DNA of 64,000 nucleotides, taken from positions 3,481,308-3,545,307 of the forward strand of contig MU061578.1 of the NCBI GenBank assembly GCA_013265495.1. Direction: 5' to 3'. The translations under genes were made by a program, and so were the position numbers. Positions 44,401 through 56,899 of the stretch are shown piece by piece (within the stretch, counting starts at the first letter, position 1; each line of letters begins with the position of its first letter). The notes beneath the pieces were generated by a model that had not been told where the DNA came from, did not search any database, and saw nothing but the letters and a program-made list of their open reading frames with translations. Source of the stretch: Vicugna vicugna. Its lineage: Eukaryota.

Positions 44401-47400
44401 CTCCTTACTTCTTGCTCTGTGCCACGAGCAGTCTGGGGCTTGTTCTTCTTTGGTGACTGGGGTGGCACAGGGGGACGTCTCTCAGCACCAAGCTTCATGG
44501 AACAGACAGGATTTTCACTCTCTGGCAGTTGGGCTGGGGGCTCTCAGAGTCCTCAAGGTGGTGAGGTTTGCAGCACGTTTTCTTCTGCCTCGACTGCAGG
44601 TGGCGCTGCTGTGTGGGCCCCCAGGGCTGGGCAAGACCACTCTGGCCCATGTGATTGCACGGCACGCTGGGTACTCCGTGGTGGAAATGAATGCGAGGTG
44701 AGTGGAGGGAAAGGCTGGGCCTCCTGTCTGCCCTGACATGTCTGGTCGAGTCTGGGACACAGCCCTGAAAGCCTGGATTGAAGGTGGAGCTGGGGTCCAG
44801 GGTCCAGGGGCAGTGGAACTTGTCCATTCTTAGGGCTCACTGGGATTTGGAATTTGACCACAGTGTCATGGGGTAGCCTCGTGTAGTACCCTTGAGGTGT
44901 AGGCATGGTGGCTCTGCCTTGGGAGATCATCCTGCCAGGGAAACTGGCTGTCACCCTGGCTGAGGCCACGGCTGTCCTGACAGCCTTTTCCTGGCCTTAT
45001 GGTTCCAGTGACGACCGCAGCCCTGAGGCCTTTCGCACGCGCATTGAAGCGGCTACGCAGATGGAATCAGTGCTGGGCACTGGTGGGAAGCCCAACTGTC
45101 TGGTCATCGATGAGATCGACGGGGCCCCCACGGTGGGCCTCCTGGGTGTGTGGTGGGTGGGCTGGCAGGTGGGCCGTGGGGGCTGTGGCTTACCACACTG
45201 TCTGCATGTTCTTTCAGGCTGCCATCAATGTTCTCCTGAGCATCCTGGACCGTAAGGGCCCACAGGAGGCAGAGCCAAGGGGCCCAGCCATGCCCATGGG
45301 TGGGGGGCGGCGGCGCCGGGCAGAGGAGGGGCTCCTGATGAGGCCCATTATCTGCATCTGCAATGACCAGTGAGTGGGGCAGGGCGGGGTCTCCCCTGGG
45401 CAGGTGTGCCCCCACCTGGCCCCTGATCCTTTACCTACTGGGCTGTTGCCTGCTCCCTGGTGCCCAGGCCAGGCAGATAACCCTTTGGACACTGATCATC
45501 CCCCTAGGTTTGCACCCTCCTTGCGGCAGCTGAAGCAGCAGGCTCTTCTGCTCCACTTTCCACCCACTTTGCCCGCCAGGCTCACACAGCGGCTCCATGA
45601 GGTCTGTGGAGGCTGCCCTCCCCTCTGCCATCAGGCTCCCCAGCCCCCCAGCTGGGCCCAGGACGTGGGGTGGAGGAGACTGGTGGTCTCGGGTGGTGGA
45701 TGGTTCCAAGCAGTGACTGAGGTCCTTCCATAGAGATCTACAGTCTCTGCTCCTTGTAGAATAAGAGCTGTTCACTTGTTTCTAGAGAGGAGGTGGCCAC
45801 AGGGTGGGGCCCTGGGGGCAGACACCCACCCTCCTACTCCCTGCAGATTGCCCTGCAGCAGGGCATGCACGGTGACCGAGGTGCACTGGCAGCCCTCTGT
45901 GAAAAGACAGACAATGACATCCGCGCCTGCATCAACGCCTTGCAGGTAGGCAGGTGGCCCTCCTCTCGCCGTCTGCCCCTGACCCCTTGTTAGATTTCTG
46001 CTTGGGCAGGTGTCAGCCACCTCTTACTCCCCACTCCCTGTGTCTAGTTCCTGCATGGGCGGGGCCAGCGGGAGCTGAGTGTTCAGGCTGTGCAGACCAC
46101 ACGCATTGGCCTCAAGGACCAGCGCAAGGGGCTTTTCTCTGTGTGGCAGGAGGTCTTCCAGCTGCCCCGGGCCCAGAGGTAGGTAGACCAGCCTTGGTCT
46201 GGATGTCCCTGGTGCCTTGGTCCCGGGATGCTAGTCAGTTCTGCCTTTGTGGACAGGATCTAAGGCTGCATGGGCCCTGGGGGCTGCTTTGCTCTGGCTC
46301 GAGCTCCCCCATCGCCCCTTTTGTGGGATTTCAGGGTGTGGTAAATGTACAGGAGCCAGTGCCACTGGGGGGAATTAGTGGGTGGGGCTGGCGTACAGGG
46401 TGATGGGTTGGGGGCTCCATTCCAGCCTTAGCACCATCTCTGTAGGCACCGCGTGGGTCAGGACCCGACCCTGCCCACCCACGTGCTTCTGCTCAGTGAT
46501 GGGCACGCAGGCTCGGAGCCCCTCACTGCTGAGGCACCCATGACCCTGGCCTCGCAGCGGTTCTACCACATTCTGCACATGGCCGCCTCTGCAGGGGAGC
46601 ACGAGAAGGTGGTCCAGGTAACTGCTCCACCTCAAACCTTTGTAGGGGGATAGGACAGGAGACCAGCATCTGGCAGTGTTCTTTGTCTCCAGACAGGGCT
46701 CAGCCTGAGGAGAAACAGGGGGGACAGGAGGGAGGGGAGCAGGCACAGGGCTTTGGGAGACGACTTAGAGGAGTGACGAGCAGGGATAGGGAGCCAGGAG
46801 GAAGAACTGACCCATGCCAGGAGAGGGAAGGCTGGTGTGGGCGTCGTCTAACGGGGTCACTCTGGCTGCTCTCTGGGAATTATCTAAAGGGTGGCAGCAG
46901 TGGCTAGGGATGGGGTGGGGATTCTGGATGTGAGCTGCAGGAACGTGGATGAGGGTGTGTGTGGTGTGGAGAGCAGGTGGCAGATGCCCCCCACCCGCTG
47001 GGAAGCCTGGTATAAGCTGCCTCCCTAACTAAGCAGCTTTGGATTAGCAGCTGGGGATCCTTGCAAATCCGGAAATCCACTCTGTGGAGGGCAGCATGGT
47101 GGCGGGAGAGGAGGGACTCCCACGAGGAATGAGTGGGAACTCCATGCTCTCAATTCTGGTGGACAGAACTTTCTTTAGGGAGAGGCTGGGGGCTTCTTTC
47201 TCACATGTCTTGGGGTTTTGGTCAAACCAGAGTCGAGGCACCAGGATGGGCCTTCCTGGCCACCCTCAGGGCCCCGGGCCATTCACTGGTATTTGCAGCT
47301 GTGCCTGAGCTCCTTGGCCTCACAGGCAGGTGGGAGATGAGGGGTCCTGCTGGGTGGTGCTTGTACTGGGGGGAGGGGGTGTGGGACTGTAGGGGTTCAG

Positions 47401-49798
47401 GAACTGGCCTGTTGCCCACAGGGCCTGTTCGACAATTTCCTGCGGCTACGGCTGCGGGACTCCAGCCTGGGCGCTGTGTGTGCAGCCCTCGACTGGCTGG
47501 CCTTTGATGACCTGCTGGGCCAGGCTGCCCACCACAGCCAGAGCTTCCAGCTGCTGCGCTACCTGCCTTTCCTGCCCCCAGCCTTCCATCTGCTCTTCGC
47601 CTCCAGCCGTGTGCCGAGGATCGCCTTCCCCAGCAGCCAGCAGGAGGTGCGCCCCACACCCTGCCCATGCCCAGGGTCCAGCCTAGGGGTCTTGAGTGAC
47701 CCAGTCCTGATTCACCCTCCACCCTAGGCCCAGAATCGCATGAGCCGGACACAGAACCTGATTCAGACACTAGTGTCAGGCATCACACCAGCCACCCGCA
47801 GCCGGGCAGCACCCCAAGCCCTCGTCCTGGACACCCTCTGCCTGCTTCTGGACATCCTCGCACCCAAGCTGCGCCCCGTGAGTGCCTCGCCCAGAAGAGG
47901 GTGTGGCTTCTGGTGGGGGCAGGCCCCTGGCCATGCTTAGCACCCATGCCCGCTGCCCCACAGGTGAGTACGCAGCTGTACAGCACCCGAGAGAAGCAGC
48001 AACTGGCCAGCCTTGTAGGCACCATGCTTGCTTACAGCCTGACCTACCGCCAGGAGCGCACACCTGATGGGCAGTATGTCTACAGGCTGGAGCCGTGAGT
48101 CTGTGCAGTGCCTGGGGGCAGGGAGGCTGTGGGGGCTGGGCGCTAGGTGCCTTGGCTATTGCTTGGCAGGAGTCTGAAAGTGTGGCCTTGGTGAGATGTG
48201 TGAGTCTCAGTTTCCCTGTTGGAGGGTTGGGGAGTCAGTTCTAACTCAGCCCTTACCCATATGTGACTGTGGGGTGGGGGCCCCCTGGTGGGGCACAGCC
48301 CTGGGATCTGAAGTTTACTGCAGGGTCTCTCTCTGCCTTAGTGCCCCCCAGGGGCTTCCCCCAGAGGGCCCTTGAGTTCCCCAGGGCTCCAATTCTCTGT
48401 CCTGAGACGGTCATGGGGATGGAGGGCTGGCACCAGTGGTGTCCTGGATGCAGATCCTGGAGGCAGCGATGATGGTGGTTCCCAAGTCCTCAGCCTCATG
48501 CCCTGCCAAGTTTGTCACACCATCCCTGTGCAGCCCTCTTCATCCCCATATACAGCTAGGGAAACCAAAGCTCAGGCTAGATAATCCCTGCTGCTGCCAT
48601 GAGGCTGGGGCACGGCAGTGCCAGGATTAGACTCCGTACTGCAGCTGTTGCGTTCCGGCAGTTGGGGTCATTGTGGTGAGTAGCTCCTGTCCCTGTCCCT
48701 GCTGACTGGGTGCCTTGGTGTCCTGCCCTGCCCTGCTCACCGTGAGCACAGGAATGTGGAAGAGGTCTGCCGCTTTCCCGAGCTGCCTGCCCGCAAGCCC
48801 CTCACCTACCAGGCCAAGCAGCTCATTGCCCGCGAGATTGAAGTGGAGAAGATGCGGCGGGTGGAGGTCTTGGCTCGGGCTAGGGACAGCCCCCAGGTGA
48901 GCCCACCTAGGCAGAGCAAGGCTCTCAGAGTGGACACTGTCCCTGGTGTGGTCCTGCTCAGTCATCTCTCACTATACTCAATTTCTTGCAGGTGGACGGA
49001 GATGCCCTGGGGGCCGAGGGTCCGCTGGGGAGCACTGGGGAGAAAGGGGCGCAGCCACCTGCCCCATATAGCCACAAGCAGCAGCTGGAGTGCATCATGA
49101 AGAAAGCCACTCTGGAGGAGCAGGTGTGGGGCGGATGTAGGGGTGGGAGACAGTGGGTGCGGGGCTAGGTGGCTAGAAGGTGGAGCCTGCTGGGCTGGAG
49201 TCGGTGACCTTGAGGTGGGCTGATTCTAAGCCCTGAAGGTCTGGCTCCCTGCTGATCAGCGTGATGGTTTTACCTGGGCTCAGCGTCCCATCTGGGCAGG
49301 GTGCTGGCACTTCCTACCCCAGACCTGACCTTATTGAAGGGTGGAGGGAACATTTGCTAAGGTCAGCGCTGGAGTGAGGGGAGAGGGGCCATTGCCCAGA
49401 GATTCCACAAGACCCCTCCTCACTGGGAGATGGCCTCTGGGCCCTCCTCCTCTCTAATGGCTCCTTGGGTAGGGGACTGTCCGCTGTGGGTCAGTCTCCA
49501 TGAGCCTGACCAGCCTGTCTCTTTCAGCCTGAGAGGGACTTCTTTGGCCGTGTGGTTGTCAGGAGAGCAGCAGCCCCAAGCGCAGGTGTGTAGGGGGCGG
49601 TGGGGATGGTGCAGGGGTGGGGTCAGAGTCAGGTGTAGGAACAGCTCTGTGGCCCCCACAGAGGATGCAGCTCCTGAGACCGACACAGCTGAACGGCGCA
49701 TGGGCACTGCGGTGGGCAGGAGTGACGTCTGGTTCCGCTTCAAGGAGGGTGTCTCCAATGCCGTGCGTCGCAGCCTGTACATCAGGGACCTGCTGTAG
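41430..49798 (+). CDS. CHTF18: Chromosome transmission fidelity factor 18 (RFC-like clamp-loader AAA+ ATPase), 982 aa
   Basis: 22 exons: 41430-41520, 41756-41950, 42032-42182, 42355-42523, 42937-43029, 43112-43164, 43305-43443, 43907-44116, 44600-44697, 45009-45132, 45218-45369, 45508-45601, 45847-45945, 46048-46178, 46446-46617, 47422-47646, 47728-47877, 47964-48094, 48752-48896, 48992-49123, 49528-49585, 49662-49798 (2949 nt). Walker A GPPGLGKT, Walker B VIDEIDG, C-terminus [17 protein letters not shown]. Confidence 0.97.
42645..42760. repeat. Polypyrimidine low-complexity tract in CHTF18 intron 4
   Basis: Almost exclusively C/T. Confidence 0.8.
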
Positions 49799-49814
49799 GT
49801 GGGCCACACTGAGC

Positions 49815-50025
49815 CCCTGGGATCTATGCTGGACATCCCTGTGTTGTGCTGGACGTTTGGATCTGTGCTGGACGTCGTTGGGATCTATACTGGACATCCT
49901 GATCCACACTGGACACCCTGGGGTCATGCTGGGTGCCCTGGATCCACCCCAGATGTCCCCAGGATCTATGCTGGACACCCTGGTCCTATGCCAGATGTCC
50001 CCAAATACACACTGGACGCCTGGAC
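49815..50025 (+). repeat. Degenerate minisatellite in the CHTF18 3' UTR
   Basis: Recurrent core ggatct(a/g)tgctggaca/g at roughly 20-25 nt spacing. Confidence 0.75.
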
Positions 50026-50072
50026 ATTCGTTTCTCTCTGCTAGAGAATGTACAGAAGACTTACAGCCTCAG

Positions 50073-50095
50073 AAAGTCTTTTTTATAAAGACTTT
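50073..50095. terminator. Candidate shared, palindromic poly(A) signal for convergent CHTF18 and GNG13
   Basis: TTTATAAA (50082-50089) reads TATAAA on both strands and overlaps the inverted repeat AAAGTCTTT-n5-AAAGACTTT. I saw no AATAAA between the two stop codons. Confidence 0.6.
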
Positions 50096-50155
50096 TATGG
50101 TCCCCTTTACAGAGCTGTCCTCTTTAGAGGGAGGTATGAGCTGGTTGCAGGGGCC

Positions 50156-50544
50156 TCACAGGATGGCGCACTTGCCCTTCTCCACCCACGGGTTGTTCTT
50201 CATCAGGTCGGGATTCAGGAAAGGATCCTTGGGGATCCCATCCTCGATCCATTTGAGGAGCCTGTGGGTGGGCAGGGTGGGGTGAGCAGGTGGGCACGGG
50301 GTCCCCCAGAAGTGCTGCCTGATGGCAGTGTGTAGGGATGTGGTCTTGGCTCAAACAAATGAGCACAAAACAGGGAAATGAGATGCAAATCACAGCTGGC
50401 CTTGTGTGGGGTGTGGCTGTGGCTCCAGGGGGTCTTGGGGACTTACTCAGGGATGGTTTTAGACGACATCTCCCTCTTGAAGGCCAGCTGGTACTTGAGG
50501 CTCTCAACTTCCTTCTTCATCTGGGGCACATCCCACTCCTCCAT
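50156..50544 (-). CDS. GNG13: G protein subunit gamma 13, 67 aa
   Basis: Exons 50447-50544 and 50156-50261. MEEWDVPQMKKEVESLKYQLAFKREMSSKTIPELLKWIEDGIPKDPFLNPDLMKNNPWVEKGKCAIL, with CAAX box CAIL. Confidence 0.98.
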
Positions 50545-51689
50545 GGCGTCGGGAGCTTCGGAAGTGGCCAGCCTGGAGCTAGAGGGTATGGGAGAAGGCA
50601 ACAGAGCTAGGGGGCTACCAGCCTGCCATCCGCCCCGCCCCAGGTGCTCTCTCCCCACTGGTGAGCCTCCACCCTGACAAAGGTGGAAGGGAGCTCCACC
50701 CTAGCACACCAGTGCCCAACTCATTGCCTGGAGAGGTCCCCAAAGCACATGCCACCCACTGGGGTACACAGCCTGGAGCTGAGGCCCCACTAACGAGGCC
50801 TCATGTGCCTGCCCCCCACCTCCCGTGGGGCTAATTAACTGCGGAGAAAACTTTCCACACTTAGCTCTGTATCCCTACCCTCCATCAAAGCCTCACCAAG
50901 GCCGGGCTTCTGGGTTGGAGAGGGGCAGGGCAATGTCCCTGCCTTGGGAGACAGCAGCACAGAGCACACAGCAGGACAAGTCCCCCGACTCCCTACTGTG
51001 AGGCCCACTTCCCACTCCTGGTTGCAGAAGGGGCAACCCAGACCATTGTGTAAGGGGTAGGGCTCTGACACACACACCTGTGTGCCTCCCCCTGATTTGC
51101 ATGGGCCAAGCCCACCCTGAGGGTAGGTTAATCCTGGAGAGTGAGGCTGCTATTTGCATTGCTCTGGCCACAGAGATGGGGGCAATGCTGAGGATCTTGA
51201 GGTCACGGGCTGCACAGCTGGTCCAGGACTTGGAACCCCTGCAGCCTCCTGATACCCGGTGTCTCCTCTGACCTGCCTACAAGCCCCTGGCCAGGTCCCT
51301 AAGTGTAAGCCTGCCCAGCAGAGCCACGGGTTCAGATCTCTCAGGAGACCGTGTGAGCTGGGGTCAGGTAAGGGTAGGTTGTTCTCTGCCTCCCTTGCCC
51401 CAGCCCGCTCAAGGGGCCCAGGGAGCCCTGCACTGTCCCCTCAAGCCCTGCCCCCATCACTGAGGCTGGGAGCCAGGGACCCGGCTTCTTTGACTCAGGA
51501 TGGGTGAACAGGGGCTACCAGGAGTGTGACCCTGCCTGCCTCATGCTGTGGAGGGGGCTCCTGGAAGGGTCGACCAGGAACAAGGGTGAGAGCCAGGGCC
51601 GGGGGAGGGGCGGCCAGTGGGGGCGTGCAGGGCTCCCCTCCCAGAGACCTCGAGTTTGAGCACCCTACCCCGTGCAAGCTCAGAGTCAC

Positions 51690-51960
51690 GTAGGCGAGGG
51701 CTTCTCAGGTAGGGGCGGCAGCCCTCCCGCAGTCCCCTCCCCGCCGCCGCCCCTACCTGCGCGCAGCCGCTGTCGCCGCCGCTGCGGGAGCCTGCCGCCC
51801 ACCCCGCGCGCCCCCGGCCTCGGCGCACGGCGTTCGCTTGGCGGGCACTGCGGGCGGCGCGCACGGCATGCAGACGCGGCTCCCCTCGCAGCCCTCCTGC
51901 AGACTGAGGGTCCTCTCCAGTCCGGCCAGCCCCTTAGAACACGCAGGGCCGCTGCCTATC
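51690..51960 (-). promoter_or_regulatory. CpG island with probable non-coding exon 1 and promoter of GNG13
   Basis: CpG-rich. Minus-strand donor GCAG|GTAGGG at 51757/51756. The acceptor before the ATG exon is near 50573. Confidence 0.7.
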
Positions 51961-54884
51961 CCGAAGACAGGCCGGCAGGGGCGTCTCTGGGGTTAGGATG
52001 GTCTTGGTCAGCCCAATGGGACATGGGCAAGGCCCAGAGCCTCCGGCCTCGGTTTCCTGCTCAGCCGAGAAACGGGCCAGTTCATCAGACCTACCTTGGA
52101 CTGTGACCGCGAGGGTGAAGTGATGAAAAGAGCCAAGTGATGGAGAGGGCGAAGTGATGGACTGGACGAGTGAGCCTGGCACACAGGCGGGCAGAGCCCA
52201 AGCAGGTGCCCCGCCCACTCCTGCCACCTGGGCCAGGCCCTGGCACCGCCCCCACCCTCCGCCCTCCCTCCTCAGGGCTGAGCTGACCCCTGGGATCTGG
52301 CTTTGCCAGGCATGCTCTGCCAGCCTCCAGGGGTTAGAGATGCAGCTGGGGGCAGTTTGAGGTCAGCTCTGGCCCTGGATGGTGAGGTGTCTTCCCACTG
52401 GGCTGTGTGGGCTCCTGGGCTGCCACATGGTGCAGCACCAAAGACCTTCAGCCTTAGATTGTACCTCAGCCCCTCAATGCCCCTCACAGGCTGGAGTCAC
52501 CAGGCTACATGGGAGTAGTGGGGATGGGGTCAACTTGCTGTGCCCCACCTACCCAGGCCTCAGCAGCATCCATTGACCAGACCAGAGATAACCCACCCAT
52601 GGGTGTGAGCCTGTTCCAGCCAGGGTACTTGGGCCTGCATAGAGTTGCTTCCTGCTCTGACCCCTGCCCCCTATTCCCAGGCCAGTGGTGGTGGGCAGAC
52701 TGGGCAGCTGTGGAAAGTGGTAGGGTGCAGCTCACCAATCAATGCCCATGGAGGCCAGTCCCCAGAGCTCCCTGGGGCAGCTTGGACCAGGCCCTTGGCA
52801 GGTGTTCCTGCAGCCACCCTGGCTCACTCTGCTCCCACTTGGAAGGCAGGACAGAGTGTTCCCTGCCCCCTTGGGCTCCTGGGCCCTCCCTGTTGTGAGT
52901 GCATAAAACAAGGTCAGCTGTGCCTGCTGGCCTCTCAAGCATCAACATGATGATGGATCAGGAGGCACTTCTGGAACTAGGGCATGTTAGGGAAACTAGG
53001 GATTATTTTTATGATGGATTTACAGGGGGTGGGGGGCTTAAAGCCAAGGGTGCCAGCATCCTCCTTAGAGCAGATGGCCAGCAATGCTGGCGTCACTCCA
53101 CCTGAGGGCATGCACCCTGTCGCTCAGGCTGTTAGGGGCTCTCCTCTGCCTGGGGGCCCTGCTCACATGAGGTGGGGGCAGGGTGTCAAGTTGGCCCCAG
53201 AACTGTGTCAAGGTTTGGACTGAGACCCAGGTCAGCCAGGCCCCACCACCTAGCCGCACCTTCCCCTTGAGGGCGTGGGCAGAATGGGGCACCTAAGACC
53301 AGGTTCTGGCCCAACAGTTTTCCAAGAGTTCCCTGGGAGAAGCCCTGGTGTGACCCGGCAGGGAATGGCCCCCTGTGGTCTGCTCTGGGGCCTGCTTTGC
53401 AGGTGCTCTTTGATCTCTCCACCATGGATCAAAGCACTCCATTGTGACCACAGCTGAAATCAGCCGGTGAGCTGCATGCAGGCCTTAGTGGTAACACTTG
53501 AACACATCTGGATGTCGTCATCAGGATGGTGGGAGCTGTGGGGCACAGGGTCCTGCACTCCCACTCTGCAGTACTGTTTCCAGTGTGTGAGTGCTAGTCA
53601 TGCCCACTGCCCTGTGGACCCTCAGGGTTCAGAAGTGGTCTCTGTGTTGACCCCGGTGGCCCCGTGTGATGGAGGCCATAACTCCATGTGGTGACTGAGC
53701 TAACACACGCCTGCTCCTGTGAGCCTGTGAAGCCCCCCATCCTTGGTGAGAGTCAGGGACCCTGTGTCTCCTATTTCTCACCTTCCTGGGAGGGTGAACT
53801 TGTGAACCCTAGACACCCCAGGGGGAGTGCTGGGTCTGGAACTTGCAAAAGTCCAGTAAATTGAGGCAGGAGGAGGACACTCTGGAAGCAGTGATGGTTT
53901 GTGCTCCAGCTGATGCCACCTTGCAGTCCCCCAGAGCTGGTCCAGGGAGACCAGACGCCTTTCTGAAATTAGCTCCACTAACTGGGCTGCTGATGAGAAC
54001 CAACAGGGCTCCTCGCTGTCCTAGAAACAGCTGCTTCAGGCGCCTCACCTGCAGGGCTCCTGACTGGGACAGGCAGTGCAGGCTGGGCTCCCAGGAATGT
54101 GGCAGGCTTGGAGGCGGGTGCAGTGCTGATTTTAGTGCTCAGGAAGAATCAGACAGTAGTGTGTGGGGGGTTCTCTGACCCCTGGGGCAGTGTCTGAATG
54201 AGGGCTCGGGGAGCAGGGGGAGGAATCACTCCAACCAGATGAGACCTGCAGGTTGTGCCGTCCCAATGCTACTCCTACCCGTGGCCTTGCTGGGCAGGGC
54301 CAGAACTGAGACTAGTCTCTCATTCAGTGTGAAGGGCATGCTGGCAACCCAGTAGCACCCTGGCTGTTGTCAGCTCCTGCTCCGGGCCTCCTGAGATGGG
54401 GGCTCTCCCCTGCACAGCATCCCAGCGAGTGAGTACGCAGCCCGGACAGATCCAGCACCAAGTGCAAGTAAGACAAGGCCTGTGCGAGACCACCTCCCCC
54501 GGGTATGCAGCTGCACTTCAGGTCTTGGGGATGGGGGGTCAGACCTGACTCACAACCCTCCCAGGGCCATAGGCCTGCCCTCCAGTGAGGAAACTAAAAG
54601 GCAAGTGGCCCACACGGCAGGACCCAGGCTTGGAAAGGAATGGAGGGGGGCTGTCTGGCCAGCACTCCATCCCAGAGTGGGTGTGGGACCCTCAGGGTTA
54701 CAACAAGGTGACCCCGATTCCTGAGGTACAGTGACAGTGGTCCCCGCATGAGGGACATCATGCCAACTTGTTTCCCATCCCTGGAAACAAAACCGGCAGA
54801 GGAGAACATGGGGATTGGAAGATAACAAAGAAACTTTTTATTTCACCCAGTTAAACAGAGGTCACAAAAAAACCAAGTAGTCCT

Positions 54885-55000
54885 GGGGGAGTAGGTATAG
54901 CTCAGTGGTAGAGCACCTGCTTAGCGTGCAGGAGGCCCTAGATTCAATCCCCAGTTCTTCTGTTAAAACACAAAAAGCCAAAATAAACAAAAAAACCTAG
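54885..55000 (+). mobile_element. tRNA-derived SINE (camelid-type)
   Basis: ggggagtaggtatagctcagtggtagagcacctgcttagcgtgcaggaggccctagattcaatccccag plus an A-rich tail. Confidence 0.88.
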
Positions 55001-56899
55001 CTCTCAGATTCACATGTACAAAATATACAACCAGTGATTCCAGGGACTTACGGGCTCTAGTCGGAACAATGACCTCTGAGTCACAAAGTGACTGGTGAAA
55101 TGGTTTATTCTAACAGTTCTGTGGTCAGGGCCCAGGGTCTGCACCTGACCAAGAACACAACACGCCAGTGCCCACAGGCCACCCAGCAGTCCCCTCCTAA
55201 TGAAGCCAGTGCTGCTCATGGGTTCTGCGCATTGCTGCTGAGTCTGCTGGTCTGCATCCCCAAAGGACCATGTGCCCCAGAGGTGGGTGAGTAGGGTGAA
55301 TGCACACACCAGGCCATCAGTGTGTCCTTGCCGAGGTCTGGGCCTGGCTCTCGGTCTTCCCTCTTGGCTTGCAGCTGCAACCTCAGATCCGTGCAGCACT
55401 GCAGAGAATTCTGCCCGAGCATGGGGCAGTGGCAGCGTGCAGCTATGTGAGTGGGACTGAGGTGTGCAGAGGACCCCTTCTGCTCTATGCCTCACAGCTG
55501 ACCCCACACGTGCACCCTCTAATGAGAAGAGCAAGGCTGACCCAGCATGAGCACAGCCAGCTGCGGCTGGTTCCAGAAGCAGCTCACCGTTGCTGCTTCA
55601 CAGAGGAAACAGGTGCAGATGGCCCTGTTGAGCCCTCCAGGACCTCCCTCAGGCCAGTAGTCAAACACAGTGGGACTCAGGCCTTAGCAGGTGGGATTCT
55701 GGGAGCTCAGGTCCCAAGGGATAGGCCCACCACATCGAGGAGGATGGAAGAGGCCTCCTGAATAGAGTACTCAGGGGTTTTCCACCAAAGCAAAGGGAGG
55801 AGACACCTTGGGGGACATGGTTCTGTCAGGTCTCAGGCCACACCCCCCAGGCAAGGACAATGTCCAGCAGTGCTCACTGTCCAAGGTAGGTCCGATGAAC
55901 TGGCCCCTGTGCTGAGCAGGAAACTGAGGCCTGGGGTTCTGGGGCTTGTCCAGGTCCCACCCTCTTCTGTGGGTTTTGTGTCCTTCATGGAGAGACTTCC
56001 CTCAAACACCTGGAATCCTGGCCATCTGCTCATTTCATCAGAAGCTGACAGAAACTCTGGTGACCACAAATGACTGAATAGGGACCCTCAACTATCACAA
56101 AAGTCTCTTCCCAGAAAGGACCCCTGTCCTGTGCCAAGGGACAGGGTCTTCATGGGAACCAGGACTTTCACCCCTCCCAGGTCCAAGGTAGGACTCCCTC
56201 CCCTGTGCGCGTCTTCTGCCTCAGGATGCAGACTGTGCAGAGGACTGCTGTGGCCAGTCGGGGTGGAGAAGCTGATGTCTTAGACAGACGCTAGGTTTAA
56301 AGAAATCAAGACATCCCTGACACTCAGAATTAAATCTCCCGTGGGGTGGGTCTGTCATCAGACACGGGAGACGATAAAGCCAACTGGAGTCCACGCAAGG
56401 AGCAAACTCTGGCTTGCGGCCTCCCTGGGAGTGCACCCTGGACAACGGAGCTCGCTGGGCAGAGACGGGCAAGAGCTGCTGCCATGGCACATTCACACTG
56501 CTCGGCTTCACACAGAATGTATCTGTTCTTGGGAACCTGCTCCATGAGGACTGGGGGGCAGCGCGGAGGGTCAGCACAGTCACCCCAAGGACAGCTAACC
56601 CTCCAGGAGGAGCCCACGCACCGCGAGATCCTGGCTGCGACCTTAGCCTGGACTCAGGACGCTGCTCCGCCGCCAGGACGCAGAGTAGGGTCAATGGGCT
56701 TCCCCTGAAGGCTGGGATTTCGACAGGAAACCACGACGCGACAAATACTATGATTAAAAGTCCTTATTAGACGAAGTTTCCTAGGACCGGAGGCTGATGG
56801 CCTGTTTATCTAAAGAAATTGAGCCAAGCAAAGGTTTCTGGCACTCTTAATGGCATTAACGTGGTGGTCTTTATCATGAAAAAAAGCACTAAGCGGCTC

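Noticed and set aside
49617-50285. 222-aa plus-strand ORF, and repeat array as possible CRISPR
   Set aside because: The ORF is an off-frame read through the CHTF18 last exon, the UTR minisatellite and antisense GNG13. The repeats are degenerate, lack unique spacers and lie in mammalian DNA.
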